Shown here: positions 62,720-64,000 of the stretch, piece after piece
Position numbering within the stretch: the first letter of the stretch is position 1
Layout: each line of letters starts with the position of its first letter
NCBI RefSeq assembly: GCF_009834535.1
Contig: NC_045696.1
Span: 81,842,001-81,906,000 of the forward strand
Direction of reading: 5' to 3'
Length of the DNA: 64,000 nucleotides
From: Camelus ferus
Lineage: Eukaryota
Position numbers and translations under genes: made by a program
The notes under the pieces: model-generated
The model's input: the letters and a program-made list of their open reading frames with translations, nothing else
Told to the model about the DNA's origin: nothing
The model's database searches: none

Positions 62720-64000
62720 GAACAATCCATAAATGAAATTAAGACGATAACCCCACTTACAAATAAAATAAAAGATAATAAAATACTTACGAATGAATTT
62801 AACAAAAGAGTATAAAACATGTACAATGAAAACTATAAAACATCATTTAAAGAAATAAAAGACTAAAAAATGGAAAGGCATCCCATGTTTGTGGATTGGA
62901 AGACTTAATATTGTTAAGATGCTATCATGATCTGAATGTCAGTGACTTTCAAAATTCACATGTTGAAATCGTAACCCCCAATGTGATGGTTTAGGAGGTG
63001 GGGCCTTTGGGAGGTAATTAGGTCACAAGGGTCATAAGAGCCCCCATCATGGGATTTATGACCTTAAAAAGAGATTTCAGAGAGCTCTACCATTTAACCA
63101 CGCAGAAGACAGTGAAAAGACAGCCATCTATGAACCAGGTAGCAGGTCCTTGCCAGACCAAATCTGTTGGTGCCTTGATCTTGGACTTCCCAGCCTCTAG
63201 ACTGTGAAAAATAAATGTTTGTGGTGTCAGCCACTCAGTCTATGGTATTTTTGTTATAGCAGCCCAAAGGGACAATGATAAATGGTAAAACACCCCCAAA
63301 CTGATCTATGTTTTTAGTGCAATCTCTATCAAAATCCCAACTGGCTTCATGGCAGAAATAGACAAGCTGATTCTAAAACTCATATGGAAATAAAAGGAAG
63401 CCAAAATAGCCAAAACAATCTTGAAAAAGAACAATAAAGTTGGAGGACTCACAATCTCCAATTTGAAAGCTCATTACAAAGCTACAGAAATCAAAACTGT
63501 GTGCAGTACTGGCATAAGGATTGAGTCCAGAAATAAACTCATACTTTTATGGGCAACTGGTTTTCAACAATGGTGCCAAGACAGTTCAATTGGGAAAGAG
63601 AAGTCTTTTCAACAGTGTTGGGACAACTGTACCTATATACAGAGAATGAGGTTCATACCTTACATAAAAATTAACTCAAAATGGATCACAGACTTAAATG
63701 TAAGAGCCAAAACTCTTAACTGTAAATCTTTGTAAGCTTGGACTAGGCAATGGTTTCTTAGACATGACACCTAAAGTAAGCAACCAAAGAAAAACTAAAC
63801 TGGACTCCATCAGAATCTAAAACTTTTGTTCTTCAAAGGACACTAACAAGGAAGTGAAAAGGCAATTGACAGAATGGCATATTATGTAGATAAGGGTCTA
63901 GTACCCAGAATGAATAAAGAACTCCTATAACTCAATAGTAAAGAGACAAATAACCCTACTTAAAAATAGGCACAAGATCTCAATAGGCACTTTTCCAAAG
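62720..64000 (+). mobile_element. Degenerate L1 ORF2 fragment in a SKIL intron (antisense to SKIL), interrupted by an MLT1A/MST-like LTR at ~62925-63272
   Basis: ORF 63421-63735 (KKNNKVGGLTISNLKAHYKATEIKTV..KINSKWITDLNVRAKT) is L1 ORF2-like. The LTR resembles 22300-22645. Confidence 0.85.

Noticed and set aside
1..64000. CRISPR array, prokaryotic operon or foreign inserted cassette
   Set aside because: No regularly spaced repeat-spacer array and no gene-dense segment. Composition is consistent with mammalian DNA throughout.

Overview
Mammalian genomic DNA, most likely a camelid (four copies of a tRNA-Ala-derived SINE resembling camelid Vic-1). It is syntenic with the human 3q26.2 SKIL-CLDN11-SLC7A14 block, shown in reverse. 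The window holds the terminal coding exon and ~6.5 kb 3'UTR of SLC7A14 (+), the complete three-exon CLDN11 gene (-; 624-nt CDS, 207 aa, CpG-island promoter), and the last three coding exons plus ~4.2 kb 3'UTR of SKIL/SnoN (-). The rest is intron and intergenic DNA dense in L1, MIR/L2, MLT1 LTR, hAT (MER) and SINE relics. Main observations: an apparent +1 frameshift with premature stop in a SKIL exon, with an in-frame cryptic acceptor beside it; three unusual CLDN11 substitutions (Q7L, A87G, C105F); a promoter-like CpG island with an antisense splice donor inside the SLC7A14 3'UTR; a 3.1-kb block of older-repeat DNA that appears to split an L1 5'UTR; a candidate tailed mirtron at the CLDN11 exon 2 acceptor; and several nested or minimal retrotransposition events. 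I found no evidence of a wholly new multi-gene system. Orthologue comparisons and repeat family names are from memory and need database confirmation.
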